Both the position numbers and the translations under genes were made by a program. A model generated the notes under the pieces. The model did not search any database and had not been told where the DNA came from. It saw only the letters and a list, made by a program, of their open reading frames with translations. From NCBI GenBank assembly GCA_016218785.1, contig JACRCY010000056.1, forward strand, positions 1-35,979: DNA of 35,979 nucleotides, given 5' to 3'. The stretch comes from Deltaproteobacteria bacterium (GTDB taxonomy: Bacteria; Myxococcota_A; Polyangia; JACRCY01). How positions within the stretch are numbered: the first letter of the stretch is position 1; each line of letters starts with the position of its first letter. Below are positions 7,380-15,788 of the stretch, in pieces.

Positions 7380-8506
7380 CTCCTGCCCCGTGTTCCGGGG
7401 CGGTCGACCATCTCCGGGAGCTTCCTCCCGTCGGGCTCGATCGCGGCCTGCCGCGCCTGCCGCAGCGCCTCGACGTACGGCCCGGCGCCGTCGACGCGGA
7501 CGGCCCGCTCCGCGAGCTGGTCGCAGAGCGTGCAGGAGACCTCGCACTCCCGGGCACAGTCGATCGCGGCGACGGCGCCGAGGAAGCCGTCCAGGGCGCG
7601 GTTGTCCACGACGATGCGCGGCGGATCCATGCCGTCGCCGCTCCACATGCCGAGGTCCGAGAGGTCGACGAGGTTCCCGTCCCACCGCCGCTCGAGGTAG
7701 GCCCGGGCCGCCCGGAGCAGCCAGTCGGCGTCGCGGCCCCGGCCCGCGATCTTGATGAAGTCGATGCCGCGCTCCTCGTACGCCGCGACGTCCTCGGGAC
7801 GGATGAAGCGGGCCTTGAGCAGCTCGCCCGGGTGCACCATCCGCTCGAGGGAGCAGTTCATGTGGGGGTACTCGACGGGCGGCCGCGACGCGTGCTGCAA
7901 CGAGGCGTGGGACATCAACCCGTAGTGGTAGGGGCGCATCGGGCACTGGAACCGGCACATCTCGTTCGCCAGCAGCTCCAGCTCGAGGCCCGCCTTGTCC
8001 GCGAGCGAGCGCAGCAGGTCGAGGTCGCGGTTGATCCGCGTGGCGAGCGTGATGCGGCGGGCGCCGATCTCGCGGTAGGCGCGGACCGTCGCGAGGGAGT
8101 CGACGTGCGTGATGGTCGAGATCACCACCTCGATCCGGGGAGCCACCTCGCGGGCCAGCTCCACCAGGAGCGGGGTGGCGACCGTCACCGCGTCGGCGCC
8201 GATGGAGTCGACCCAGCGCAGCTGACGCACCAGGTCGGCGCGGCCCCGGGCGGTGAACTCGGCGCCGCCCGTGCAGGCGCCGTTCATGAGGTAGTTGAAC
8301 CGGATGCCGGCGGCGTGGGCCGCCGCCACGTGACGCCTCACGGCCGCGGCGGTGACGGGGGGGAGGAGCGCGGCGTCGCGCCCGCTCCCGGTGGCGCTGC
8401 GCGGCAGGGAGCCGAAGACCTCGTGCACGGTGGCGCCGGGGCGCGACAGCGCCGCCAGGCGCCGCAGGAACCCGTCGTCCCAGCAGGTCGCGATGCAGAT
8501 CCTCAT
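7376..8506 (-). CDS. peptidase U32 family protein (divergent; Fe-S type predicted)
   Basis: TIM-barrel-like U32 layout (MRICIATCWDD.., EVFGSLP...GSGR, AVTVATPLL, RITLATRINRDLDLL, LLANEMCRFQCPMRPYHY) plus a C-terminal Cys cluster CARECEVSCTLC. It does not carry the exact C-x4-G-x-C signature. Confidence 0.6.
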   Translation of the reverse strand: MRICIATCWDDGFLRRLAALSRPGATVHEVFGSLPRSATGSGRDAALLPPVTAAAVRRHVAAAHAAGIRFNYLMNGACTGGAEFTARGRADLVRQLRWVDSIGADAVTVATPLLVELAREVAPRIEVVISTITHVDSLATVRAYREIGARRITLATRINRDLDLLRSLADKAGLELELLANEMCRFQCPMRPYHYGLMSHASLQHASRPPVEYPHMNCSLERMVHPGELLKARFIRPEDVAAYEERGIDFIKIAGRGRDADWLLRAARAYLERRWDGNLVDLSDLGMWSGDGMDPPRIVVDNRALDGFLGAVAAIDCARECEVSCTLCDQLAERAVRVDGAGPYVEALRQARQAAIEPDGRKLPEMVDRPGTRGRR

Positions 8507-8516
8507 GCCGCTCCGC

Positions 8517-9878
8517 CTAGCCGCGCACCTCGTACGACTGGCCCCCGGCCCCGGCGGCAGCCACGATCTCGGCGCGGCGCAGCTCGTTGCTCATCCGCTC
8601 GACCAGGTTGACCAGCCCACGGAAGAACAGGAAGGGGCGTTCCTCGAGGACATGCGTGAAGTAGGAGGGGAACCCCAGCTCCAGCACCGCGGCCCGGATC
8701 GCGCGTGGGGGGTAGCCGATGCTGTTGGTCACGAGCAGGTCGCAGCGGCCCTGACCGACGAGCGCCATGGTGTCCCGCTCGAGGGCCCGTTGGGTCGGGT
8801 CGATCACCACGCCTGCCTCGCCGATCCGTGCGAGCAGCTCGCGCGCGTGCACCCGGCGGCAAAGCACGAAATGGCGCTCGAGCCGCAGGCCCAGCTCCTC
8901 GGCCACCGGCTCGAAGGCGAGGGCGAGGTGGGGATCGCCCACGAAGACGAGCGTGCGGTGCAGCAGGTAGTGGGGCACCGCCCACTCGATCTTGGGCACC
9001 GCGTGCTGCAGCTCGGCGTCGGTCACGGCCGCGAGGCGGCCGCCCCGCCCGAGCGCCTCGGCGACCTGCGCGAGCCACCGCTCGCTGCCGTGGAGCCCGA
9101 GGGGGAGGCCGGTCTCGACGAGCGGCACCTGGAGGCGCTCCGCCAGGATCCGGGCCGCGTCCCGCGCGTAGGGCAGCGAGACGATGGCCGACGCGTGGCG
9201 CACCGCGCGCAGGTCGGCCACCGAGCCACCCGAGAGCCACACCGAGCCCAGGCGCAGGCCGAGCGCCGCCAGCAGCCGCCGCAGCTCGGCGAGGTTGCCG
9301 CGGTGGTCACCCTCGGCCCGGTCCATGAGGTAGCCGACCACGGCCACGTTGCCGCCTTTCGGCTTGTGACCGTCGAGGTCGATGACGCGCGCGAGCACCT
9401 TGAGCGTGTCGGCGAAGCCGTCGAGCCAGTCGCCGGTGAGCCCGTTGCCCGGCACGTTCACGACCGGCTTCCCGATCTCGAGGCTCACGGGGCGCGTCAG
9501 CCGGTCGTAGTCGACGCCGGTGATGGTGGCCATGGGCATCGAGGTCACGAAGACGGCCCCGGCCCCCGAGTACGAGGCCAGCTCCTTGAGCATCCCTCCG
9601 ACCTGGTCGTCGCGGGCGGCGACGATCTTCCAGGGGTGGAGGTCGGTGTTGGCCACGCGGTGGATGCCGTCGACGCTGGTCAGCGTGGAGAACCAGTCGT
9701 GGTTGCTCTGGAGGTACTGGGTCTTGAGGTGGGCGCAGTCGGGCGCGTCGACCAGGAGGTACGCGTCGCTGATCGCGTTGACCGCGAGGTAGCAGCCGAT
9801 CGTGAACGAGAGCGAGACGCGGCCCGAGTAGTCCACCTCGGTCGTGGGGGCCGCCATCGGGTTCTGGGGGGCGCTCAC
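8517..9878 (-). CDS. nitrogenase component-1-like subunit (NifK/NifN/BchB-type)
   Basis: Oxidoreductase-nitrogenase architecture: LVDAPDCAHLKTQY, TDL....V...DDQVGGMLKEL, AVFVTSMPMATITGVDYD, VAVVGY and three Rossmann-like segments. GTG 9878 overlaps the upstream stop (GTGA). Alternative starts are ATG 9857 or the track start 9989, which would overlap the previous gene by 115 nt. Confidence 0.75.
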   Translation of the reverse strand: MSAPQNPMAAPTTEVDYSGRVSLSFTIGCYLAVNAISDAYLLVDAPDCAHLKTQYLQSNHDWFSTLTSVDGIHRVANTDLHPWKIVAARDDQVGGMLKELASYSGAGAVFVTSMPMATITGVDYDRLTRPVSLEIGKPVVNVPGNGLTGDWLDGFADTLKVLARVIDLDGHKPKGGNVAVVGYLMDRAEGDHRGNLAELRRLLAALGLRLGSVWLSGGSVADLRAVRHASAIVSLPYARDAARILAERLQVPLVETGLPLGLHGSERWLAQVAEALGRGGRLAAVTDAELQHAVPKIEWAVPHYLLHRTLVFVGDPHLALAFEPVAEELGLRLERHFVLCRRVHARELLARIGEAGVVIDPTQRALERDTMALVGQGRCDLLVTNSIGYPPRAIRAAVLELGFPSYFTHVLEERPFLFFRGLVNLVERMSNELRRAEIVAAAGAGGQSYEVRG

Positions 9879-11812
9879 GACCGCCGCTCCCTGGCCGGGC
9901 GCGGCGCCCTGGCCGGCCGTGGGGCCTGCGCCGGCCGCGCGGTGCCCGGCAGGAACCGGTGGTAGCGCCGGAAGAGAGGCAGCCGGCACACCTCGAGCAG
10001 GCGCTCGGCCGTGCGCAGCGCTCCCTCGACGCCCTTCTCGAACTCCTGGAGGTTGAACTGCGCCTTGCCGGCGGCGCCGAGGCGATGGTCGCCGACGTAC
10101 TCGGAGAAGACCGCGGCGAAGGTCCCCTCGGCGAGGAGCTTCCCCAGGCGGTCACGGTCCAGGAACGCCTTGATGCGGTGGCGCGCGGGCTCGGCGAGAA
10201 GCGCGTTCACCTGGGTGGCGGCCTGGCGCGCGGTCCCGCGGTCGGTCACGCGGATGAGCACGTCGAGCCCGAACCCCAGCTCCTCGCACATGGCGAGCAG
10301 CGGCACCCCCCAGGTGGCCGCCGGGTCGCAGAGGCGGTGCACCTCCTCGGAGCCGATGACGAACCCCAGGCGGTACCCGGCGGCCTCCCGGCGCAGCGCC
10401 TCCCACCGCTCCTGGTGCGGCGCCAGGCAGCGCGCCACGACCGCGCCCGTGTCGGCCTTGACCCCGGCCGCCTCGGCCACCGCCTCGAGCCACCGGCGGG
10501 TGCCGGCGAGCCCGTACGGGGCGGGGGGCTCGATGGAGCGGATGCCGGAGTCGAACAGGAGCTGGTCATAGAGGTTCTGCCACAGCGCGTTCGGGTAGAG
10601 CACGTGCAGCGGCGCGTGGGGCAGCTGCGGGATCACCGAGAAGTTCATCTGCGGGATGAACACGGCGTTCACGCGCAGACCGAGATCGCCGAGCAGGCCC
10701 GAGAGCTCGTCCAGGGCCGCGTCGCGTGCGAAGCCGATGAGGTTCACGGCGCGCGGGTCGGCCTTCCCCGCGAGCGCCGCCTCGGCCGCCTGCCGCTGCC
10801 GGACCAGCACCTCGCGGAACACCCCGAGGCTCGACTGAGGAGTGGTGGTCAGGTAGAAGAACGGCCGCTTCGTCCGGCCGCGGTAGCGCCTGACCACCGA
10901 TTCGACGTCCTCGCCCGTGACGAAGGGGACGCAGGTGCAGGAGAGGAACAACATGTTGTCGACGCCGCGCTCCATGACGTGGTCGAGCACGGTGGTGAGC
11001 TTGTCGAGCCCTCCCATGACCACGTCGCGCTCCCCGAGGTCGGTGGTGACCATCTGGTGCCGCTCGGGCGCGGGCGCCGCGGTGGGCGGCGCCGCGGCCG
11101 GGGAGGGCTTGCCGGCGGGCGCCGGGGGCACCCTGCCGATCCGCCGGAGGCGGTCGAGCCAAGGGTAGTAGACCTTGTCCACCATGGGGACGGCGGTGTG
11201 CGGCGTCACTTGGAGGCAGTCGCGGTCGCAGTGCTGGATGAAGCTGCACCGCTCGAAGATGTCGAGGGAGTCGAGCCGGCCCCGCGCCGTCTCCGCGACG
11301 GCGAAGAACTGGTACCACATGTCCTCGGAGGCCCAGGTGCTGAGCAGCGACTGCCGGTCGTAGGCGGCCTGGTCTTCGGGGTTGCCGCGCGGCAGGCGGT
11401 CGCGCACGGGGTCCACGTCGGTGTCCGCGGCGACGAGCGCCGCGAGGTCCTCGATGGTCCGGCTCTCGAAGCGCGTGAGGCCCACCGCGGCGAGCTTGAC
11501 CTCGAGGTCGGGCCACATGGCCGGGCCGCGGTAGTACAGGATCAGGTGGTCGCTCCGGCACAGGCTCGGCTTGTCGACCTGGTACCGGTCGAGGAAGAAC
11601 GTGACGACGTGGTCTTCGGCGCCGTCCACCTCGACCTCGAGGTGGTCGACCACCCAGCCGACCGCCCCCACCCGGGTCTCGCCCGGGCCGGCCTCGGGGT
11701 CGAGGTTGAGCAGGCGCGCGAACTCGGCGCGGGTGCGGGGTCCGCCCGCGAGGGTCCTGCCCTGCAGCCGCCCCCGGTCTGCGCCTTGCTCGCAGGCCGT
11801 CTGGCGGCTCAC
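9875..11812 (-). CDS. nitrogenase component-1-like subunit (NifD/NifE/BchN-type) with an N-terminal shared accessory domain
   Basis: CSFIQHCDRDC, TTDLGERDVVMGGLDKL, NMLFLSCTCVPFVTGEDVESV and VNLIGF. A Pro/Ala-rich insertion (PPAPAGKPSPAAAPPTAAPAP) is present. GTG 11812 overlaps the NifH-like stop (GTGA). This start is supported by homology of residues ~28-116 (11465-11731) to the shared domain; an internal ATG at 11518 would cut that domain. Confidence 0.72.
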   Translation of the reverse strand: MSRQTACEQGADRGRLQGRTLAGGPRTRAEFARLLNLDPEAGPGETRVGAVGWVVDHLEVEVDGAEDHVVTFFLDRYQVDKPSLCRSDHLILYYRGPAMWPDLEVKLAAVGLTRFESRTIEDLAALVAADTDVDPVRDRLPRGNPEDQAAYDRQSLLSTWASEDMWYQFFAVAETARGRLDSLDIFERCSFIQHCDRDCLQVTPHTAVPMVDKVYYPWLDRLRRIGRVPPAPAGKPSPAAAPPTAAPAPERHQMVTTDLGERDVVMGGLDKLTTVLDHVMERGVDNMLFLSCTCVPFVTGEDVESVVRRYRGRTKRPFFYLTTTPQSSLGVFREVLVRQRQAAEAALAGKADPRAVNLIGFARDAALDELSGLLGDLGLRVNAVFIPQMNFSVIPQLPHAPLHVLYPNALWQNLYDQLLFDSGIRSIEPPAPYGLAGTRRWLEAVAEAAGVKADTGAVVARCLAPHQERWEALRREAAGYRLGFVIGSEEVHRLCDPAATWGVPLLAMCEELGFGLDVLIRVTDRGTARQAATQVNALLAEPARHRIKAFLDRDRLGKLLAEGTFAAVFSEYVGDHRLGAAGKAQFNLQEFEKGVEGALRTAERLLEVCRLPLFRRYHRFLPGTARPAQAPRPARAPRPARERRS

Positions 11813-12630
11813 GCGCGGCCCTGCAAGAAGGCGAAGAACTCGTCGTCGGTCATGGTCTTGGGCGGCCCTATCGTGCTGGGGTCGAGGGCGAGGGCCTCGT
11901 CGGCGAGCGAGCGCACCGACCGGGCGAAGACCGAATCGGGGGCCCACTCGACGACGGTGCGGCGTTCCTTCTCGGCGGCGATCACGTCCGGGTCGTGCGG
12001 CAGGAATTGCGCGATCCGCGTCCCCAGCCGCGCCGCGAACCGCGCGAGCAGGTCGCGGTCCGTGTCGGGGAGGCACGAGTTGGCGATGATCCCGCCGAGC
12101 ACCACGCCGTTCGCGGCGTAGCGGCGGACGGCCCGCGTGATGTTGTTCGCCGCGTACAGCGACATGGGCTGCTCCGACACCACGATGTAGACCTTGCGCG
12201 CGAACCCGAGGCGGAGCGGCGCGGCGAAGCCGCCGCACACCACGTCACCGAGGACGTCGAAGACGACCACGTCGTAGATGCCGTTGGAGAGCACCCCCTG
12301 CTCGTCGAGGAACTCGATGGTCCGCGCCACGCCGCGGCCGGCGCAGCCGGTGCCCGGATCGGGGCCGCCGGCCTCGACGCAGTCGAGCCCGTGCCGGCCG
12401 CGGTTGATGATGGTCGCCACCGAGAGCGAGTCGGGGTCCTGGCCGATGAGGTCCATGACCGTCGCCAGGCGCCCCGAGTCGATCAACCTGATCGCGGAGT
12501 CGCGCTTGGGGTCGCAGCCCACGTGGAGCACGCGCTTCCCCGCCATGCCGTAGCACGCGCTGAGGTTGGTGGCGATCACCGACTTGCCGATGCCACCCTT
12601 GCCGTAGATCGCGATCTGTTCCACGTTCAC
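11809..12630 (-). CDS. NifH/BchL/CfbC-family ATPase (nitrogenase-like Fe protein)
   Basis: P-loop IYGKGGIGKS and switch I CDPKRDS. Both 4Fe-4S ligand contexts are present (GTGCAGRGV and FDVLGDVVCGGFA), followed by YIVVSEQPMSLYAANNI. GTG start. Confidence 0.92.
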   Translation of the reverse strand: MNVEQIAIYGKGGIGKSVIATNLSACYGMAGKRVLHVGCDPKRDSAIRLIDSGRLATVMDLIGQDPDSLSVATIINRGRHGLDCVEAGGPDPGTGCAGRGVARTIEFLDEQGVLSNGIYDVVVFDVLGDVVCGGFAAPLRLGFARKVYIVVSEQPMSLYAANNITRAVRRYAANGVVLGGIIANSCLPDTDRDLLARFAARLGTRIAQFLPHDPDVIAAEKERRTVVEWAPDSVFARSVRSLADEALALDPSTIGPPKTMTDDEFFAFLQGRA

Positions 12631-12795
12631 GCCGTCGCTTCGGGTGCCCGCCGCGGGCGCGAGTTCGCGGCTGCCGCAGCGCCGGGAGGACCGCCCGTCC
12701 GATGATTGTGTGGGCCCCGGCCGACGGTGTCAAGGCGAAGGGACCGTCGCCGGGACCGTCGGCGCGGGGCCCTGGCGAGCGTGTAGAATCGAGGC

Positions 12796-14352
12796 ATGTG
12801 GCTCCGCCCCTCCCTGCTCCCGGTGCTGGTCACGCTGGCCCTGGTCGGCGCGGCAGCAGGCTGCCACCGAGCCGGAAACGCGGCCCCGGCGCCCGGCGAC
12901 GCCGGGCCGTGCCTCGTGGACGCGGCTCCGGCGGAACCGGCGCCGACCCCGCCACGCTTCGACGTCGAGGGGCGCTTCCGTCCGGTCCAGTTCGACCTCA
13001 AGGCCGCCCGCGAGACCCGTGACCTCGGGCTGACCGAGCTGCCTGGCGCCGCGCGCGTGGTCGACGGAGTGGCCGTTCGCGAGATCAGGTTCCTTTCCTC
13101 TTCGTGGGACGCCACCGGCCGCGTCCGCCCGATCCGCATCCAGGGCTACCTCGCCATCCCGCCTGGCGCCTACCCCGAGCACACCAAGCCCGCCGTCATC
13201 CTCGCCCATGGGCTCGGCTGGCATGGGACCGCGCAGGAGGCCGTAGAGGTCTGCCGCAACATCGACGTGGTGGCGCTCTCGATCTCCGCACCCGGCCTCG
13301 GCGGATCGGAGGGCGTGGGCGTGACCCCCCAGGAGCCGCGGCCGCTCTTCGCGACGGTGCCCGACATCCGCCAGAGCTGGCTCTACGCCTACGTCTACAC
13401 GATCCTGCGCGCCGTCACCCTGGTCCAGACGTTGCCGCAGACCGACCCTCGCGGGATCGTCCTCAGCGGCGTCAGCATGGGCGGCGTCTCCAGCCTGGTC
13501 GCCGGCGGCGTCGACGATCGCATCCGCGGCGTCATGGTCCTGAGCGCGGCGGGTGGCTTCGAGGACGCGGAGCGCCAGGGCGCCTGGTGGCGGCGCCTCG
13601 TGGCCTCGTCGGCCGGCTTGAAGCCCGGGGATCCGGCCGCGCAGGCGCTCTTCAAATCGCTCGACCCGCTGGGGTACGCCCCGCGTCAGCACGGCGCCGT
13701 GTTCATGGTCGTCGGTGCGCAGGACGAGTTCTTCCCGATCGACCGGGTCATCTCCACCTACGAAGCGATCCGCGCGCCGGCGAAGTCCCTGGAGGTGGTC
13801 GCCGACTACGACCACAGCTGGTACTTCGGCTCGGGCTGCCCGGCCCGCTGCATGCCAGGGGCGCGGCCCCGGCCGAAGGAGTGCCCAGCGGCACCCACGT
13901 GCCCGACGCGGTGCCCGCCACGTGCGAAGCCACCCTACTGCGGCCCTCAGGGGAGCTACAACAACCAGGACAACTTCATTCCCCGGTGGGCGCTCCTGCT
14001 CCGGTCCCTCGTCGCGCAGCACGCCGCACAGCCGCCACGGCCATTCAGCCCGCCGCCCGGCGTGCCGACCGTGGAACGGCGGCCGCGCGACATCGTCGTG
14101 CGTCCGGCGCCGGGGCCCGCGCCCAAGGCCGTGCGCCTCGCCTTCAGCGACAACCACGGCTACACGTACGGCCACGTGACGCTCAAGCGCGGGCCCGACG
14201 GCGCCTACCACCTGGGCCGCGGCCTGCCACCCAAGGTGAGCCTCTTCATCGCCGAGGTGGAGGCCGAGGACGGCGCGGTCGCGACGTCCATCCCGACGCT
14301 GCCGCGGGACTACAGGCCACCGGTACGGCCCTTCGGGCCCCAGCCTCGGTAA
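12796..14352 (+). CDS. secreted lipoprotein, alpha/beta-hydrolase (esterase/dienelactone-hydrolase-like) with a Cys/Pro-rich insert
   Basis: Signal peptide with lipobox (LVTLALVGAAAGC). HG motif (AVILAHGLGWHG), nucleophile elbow GVSMGG, later GAQDEFFP and DYDHSWY. Six-Cys segment CPARC..C..C..C..C at about 13828-13953. Confidence 0.65.
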   Translation: MWLRPSLLPVLVTLALVGAAAGCHRAGNAAPAPGDAGPCLVDAAPAEPAPTPPRFDVEGRFRPVQFDLKAARETRDLGLTELPGAARVVDGVAVREIRFLSSSWDATGRVRPIRIQGYLAIPPGAYPEHTKPAVILAHGLGWHGTAQEAVEVCRNIDVVALSISAPGLGGSEGVGVTPQEPRPLFATVPDIRQSWLYAYVYTILRAVTLVQTLPQTDPRGIVLSGVSMGGVSSLVAGGVDDRIRGVMVLSAAGGFEDAERQGAWWRRLVASSAGLKPGDPAAQALFKSLDPLGYAPRQHGAVFMVVGAQDEFFPIDRVISTYEAIRAPAKSLEVVADYDHSWYFGSGCPARCMPGARPRPKECPAAPTCPTRCPPRAKPPYCGPQGSYNNQDNFIPRWALLLRSLVAQHAAQPPRPFSPPPGVPTVERRPRDIVVRPAPGPAPKAVRLAFSDNHGYTYGHVTLKRGPDGAYHLGRGLPPKVSLFIAEVEAEDGAVATSIPTLPRDYRPPVRPFGPQPR

Positions 14353-14386
14353 CGACGGCGCACGTCGCACCGTCCCTGCAGGCGGC

Positions 14387-14420
14387 GGGGCGGGGGCCGT
14401 CGTTTGGCGGCCCCCGTCCC
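14387..14420 (+). terminator. strong GC hairpin after the hydrolase gene (intrinsic-terminator-like)
   Basis: GGGGCGGGGGCCG (14387-14399) pairs with CGGCCCCCGTCCC (14408-14420): 13 bp with one G-U pair and an 8-nt loop TCGTTTGG. It lies 35 nt after stop 14352 and 20 nt before ATG 14440. No U-tract follows, which is common in high-GC genomes. Confidence 0.45.
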
Positions 14421-14439
14421 TGCCTGCTAGACTCAGCGG

Positions 14440-15783
14440 ATGGCTGCACGTGCGCCGCGCAGGACGCGCCCCCGGGGGGGCCCGCGCTGGCTGCAGGCGC
14501 TCGTCGAGGAGCTCCGGTGCGCGAGCGCCCCAGCCCGCTCGGCGTCCGCCATCGGCGGGGTGCTCAAGGTGGAGCTCTCCGGGCCCGCCGAGCTGACGGT
14601 CGAGGTCAAGCCGATCGAGCCGGGCCGCGAGTACTTCTGCCAGACCGCTCGCTTCGGTGTGAGCTACTGCGGGTCCCGCAACCTGACGCCTCCCCAGGAG
14701 GCGGCCCTGGGCCGCTTCACGGAGGTGCTGCGGCGCGTGGAGGCCGAGCTGCCGGAGGTCCTCGAGGCGGCCGTGGGCGTCGGGGCACCGGGTGAGCGCG
14801 CCGCGGGCGACGCGCCCGCGCACACGGTGGAGTACTCGCAGAGCGCGAGCGGCGACGAGCGGTCGTGCGAGCTGCTCCTCCGGCTGACCTCGCGCTGCAA
14901 CCAGGACTGCCCCTTCTGCTCGGCGCCGCCGCCCCACGCCGAGCCCACGCTCATGGCGGCGCTGACGTTCCTCGACGGGGTGCTTCCGCGGCTGCCCCGG
15001 CCCATGGTGACGCTCACCGGCGGCGAGCCCACGATCTGGCCGCACCTGCGCGAGCTGGTCGAGCGTCTCCTCGGGCGGCCGGACACCCCGCGCGTGAGGG
15101 TCCAGACCAACGCCGTCGCGTTTGCCGACCCGGGCGCGCTCGATGGCTGGCCCCGCTCCGACCGCCTCTCCTTCTTCGTGTCGTTCCATGCGGCGGAGGC
15201 CCGCCTGTACGACCACATCACCGGGAGCACCGGTCACCTCGAGCGCGCGGTCGCGGGAACCCGGAACCTCGCGCAGACCGGCTGCCCGGTCGTGCTCAAC
15301 CTGGTCGCCACCCGCTTCAACCTCGATCACGTGCTCGACTGGGTGCGCGCCGTGCCCGAGCTGTTCCCCGCACCGGGCACCCCTACGATCCACTTCTCGA
15401 TTGCCATGTGCCCGGAGCACCGGCCGGGCGCGCTCGACTGCCTCGTGCGCTACACCGACCTAGCCCCGCGGCTCCAGGCGGCCGCCGCGCTCGCCGCGAG
15501 GCTCGGCGTCGACTGCGAGCCCCTGCTGGCCTCGTCGCACGCCGCCATCCCGCCGTGCCTCCTCGACGAGGAGTACCGGGTGCGGGGGGGCTCGTGCGGC
15601 GCGGGCCGGGGCGCCCTGCCGGTGCAGCGCCGCGACGAGGTCGGGATCGAGGACCTCCGCAAGCCCTGGATCAAGGCGCGGACCTGTGCACGCTGCACCG
15701 AGGACCCCTTCTGCCTCGGGCTGCCGCGGCCCTACGTGGCCCGCTTCGGCCTGGGGGAGCTGCGACCCATCGAGCGGACCTGA
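14440..15783 (+). CDS. radical SAM protein with an N-terminal shared accessory domain and a CxxCx5C tail
   Basis: RLTSRCNQDCPFCSA and LTGGEPTIWP. C-terminal CARCTEDPFCLGLPRPYVARFGLGELRPIE. Residues 17-101 (14488-14742) are a copy of the shared domain. Confidence 0.85.
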   Translation: MAARAPRRTRPRGGPRWLQALVEELRCASAPARSASAIGGVLKVELSGPAELTVEVKPIEPGREYFCQTARFGVSYCGSRNLTPPQEAALGRFTEVLRRVEAELPEVLEAAVGVGAPGERAAGDAPAHTVEYSQSASGDERSCELLLRLTSRCNQDCPFCSAPPPHAEPTLMAALTFLDGVLPRLPRPMVTLTGGEPTIWPHLRELVERLLGRPDTPRVRVQTNAVAFADPGALDGWPRSDRLSFFVSFHAAEARLYDHITGSTGHLERAVAGTRNLAQTGCPVVLNLVATRFNLDHVLDWVRAVPELFPAPGTPTIHFSIAMCPEHRPGALDCLVRYTDLAPRLQAAAALAARLGVDCEPLLASSHAAIPPCLLDEEYRVRGGSCGAGRGALPVQRRDEVGIEDLRKPWIKARTCARCTEDPFCLGLPRPYVARFGLGELRPIERT

Positions 15784-15788
15784 GCCGG

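Noticed and set aside
4347-7700. Very long ORFs (+1117 aa at 4347..7700; -974 aa at 4633..7557) overlapping the rSAM, HemN-like and U32 genes
   Set aside because: Their translations are dominated by Arg/Ala/Gly/Pro/His runs and carry no motifs. They lie antisense or off-frame to ORFs with clear family motifs. This is the typical stop-codon-poor artefact of high-GC DNA.
7380-7958. N-terminal extensions of track ORFs: 7380-7958, 11813-12238, 23144-23188, 28243-29409, 30526-32121, 32016-32846 and 32900-33004
   Set aside because: The extensions overlap the upstream genes, are Arg/Pro-rich, and precede well-placed starts. Examples are the MCGILG Ntn start, MKIV.. of U32, and GTGA/ATGA coupling.
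8517-12630. Interpreting the NifH/D/K-like genes as a genuine N2-fixing nitrogenase or as DPOR/COR
   Set aside because: No nifB/E/N/X/V or bch/chl context is present. The K-like subunit lacks the Cys of the 'TCMAEVIGDD'-type P-cluster motif. The D-like subunit has a foreign N-terminal domain and a Pro/Ala insertion. The neighbours are rSAM and U32 genes. It is best treated as an uncharacterised nitrogenase-like reductase.
12730-15420. Other long off-frame or antisense ORFs: 12730..15420 (-), 1021..2604 (+), 14865..15788 (head of the + ORF), 16613..17485, 17365..18441, 20123..22702 (+), 22680..25103 (+), 15732..17402 (-), 33929..35512 (-), 34237..35439 (+)
   Set aside because: They have the same compositional signature (Arg/Pro/Gly/Ala-rich, no motifs). 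In each case an overlapping frame contains recognisable protein-family motifs. Only the distal, motif-bearing portions of some track ORFs were kept.
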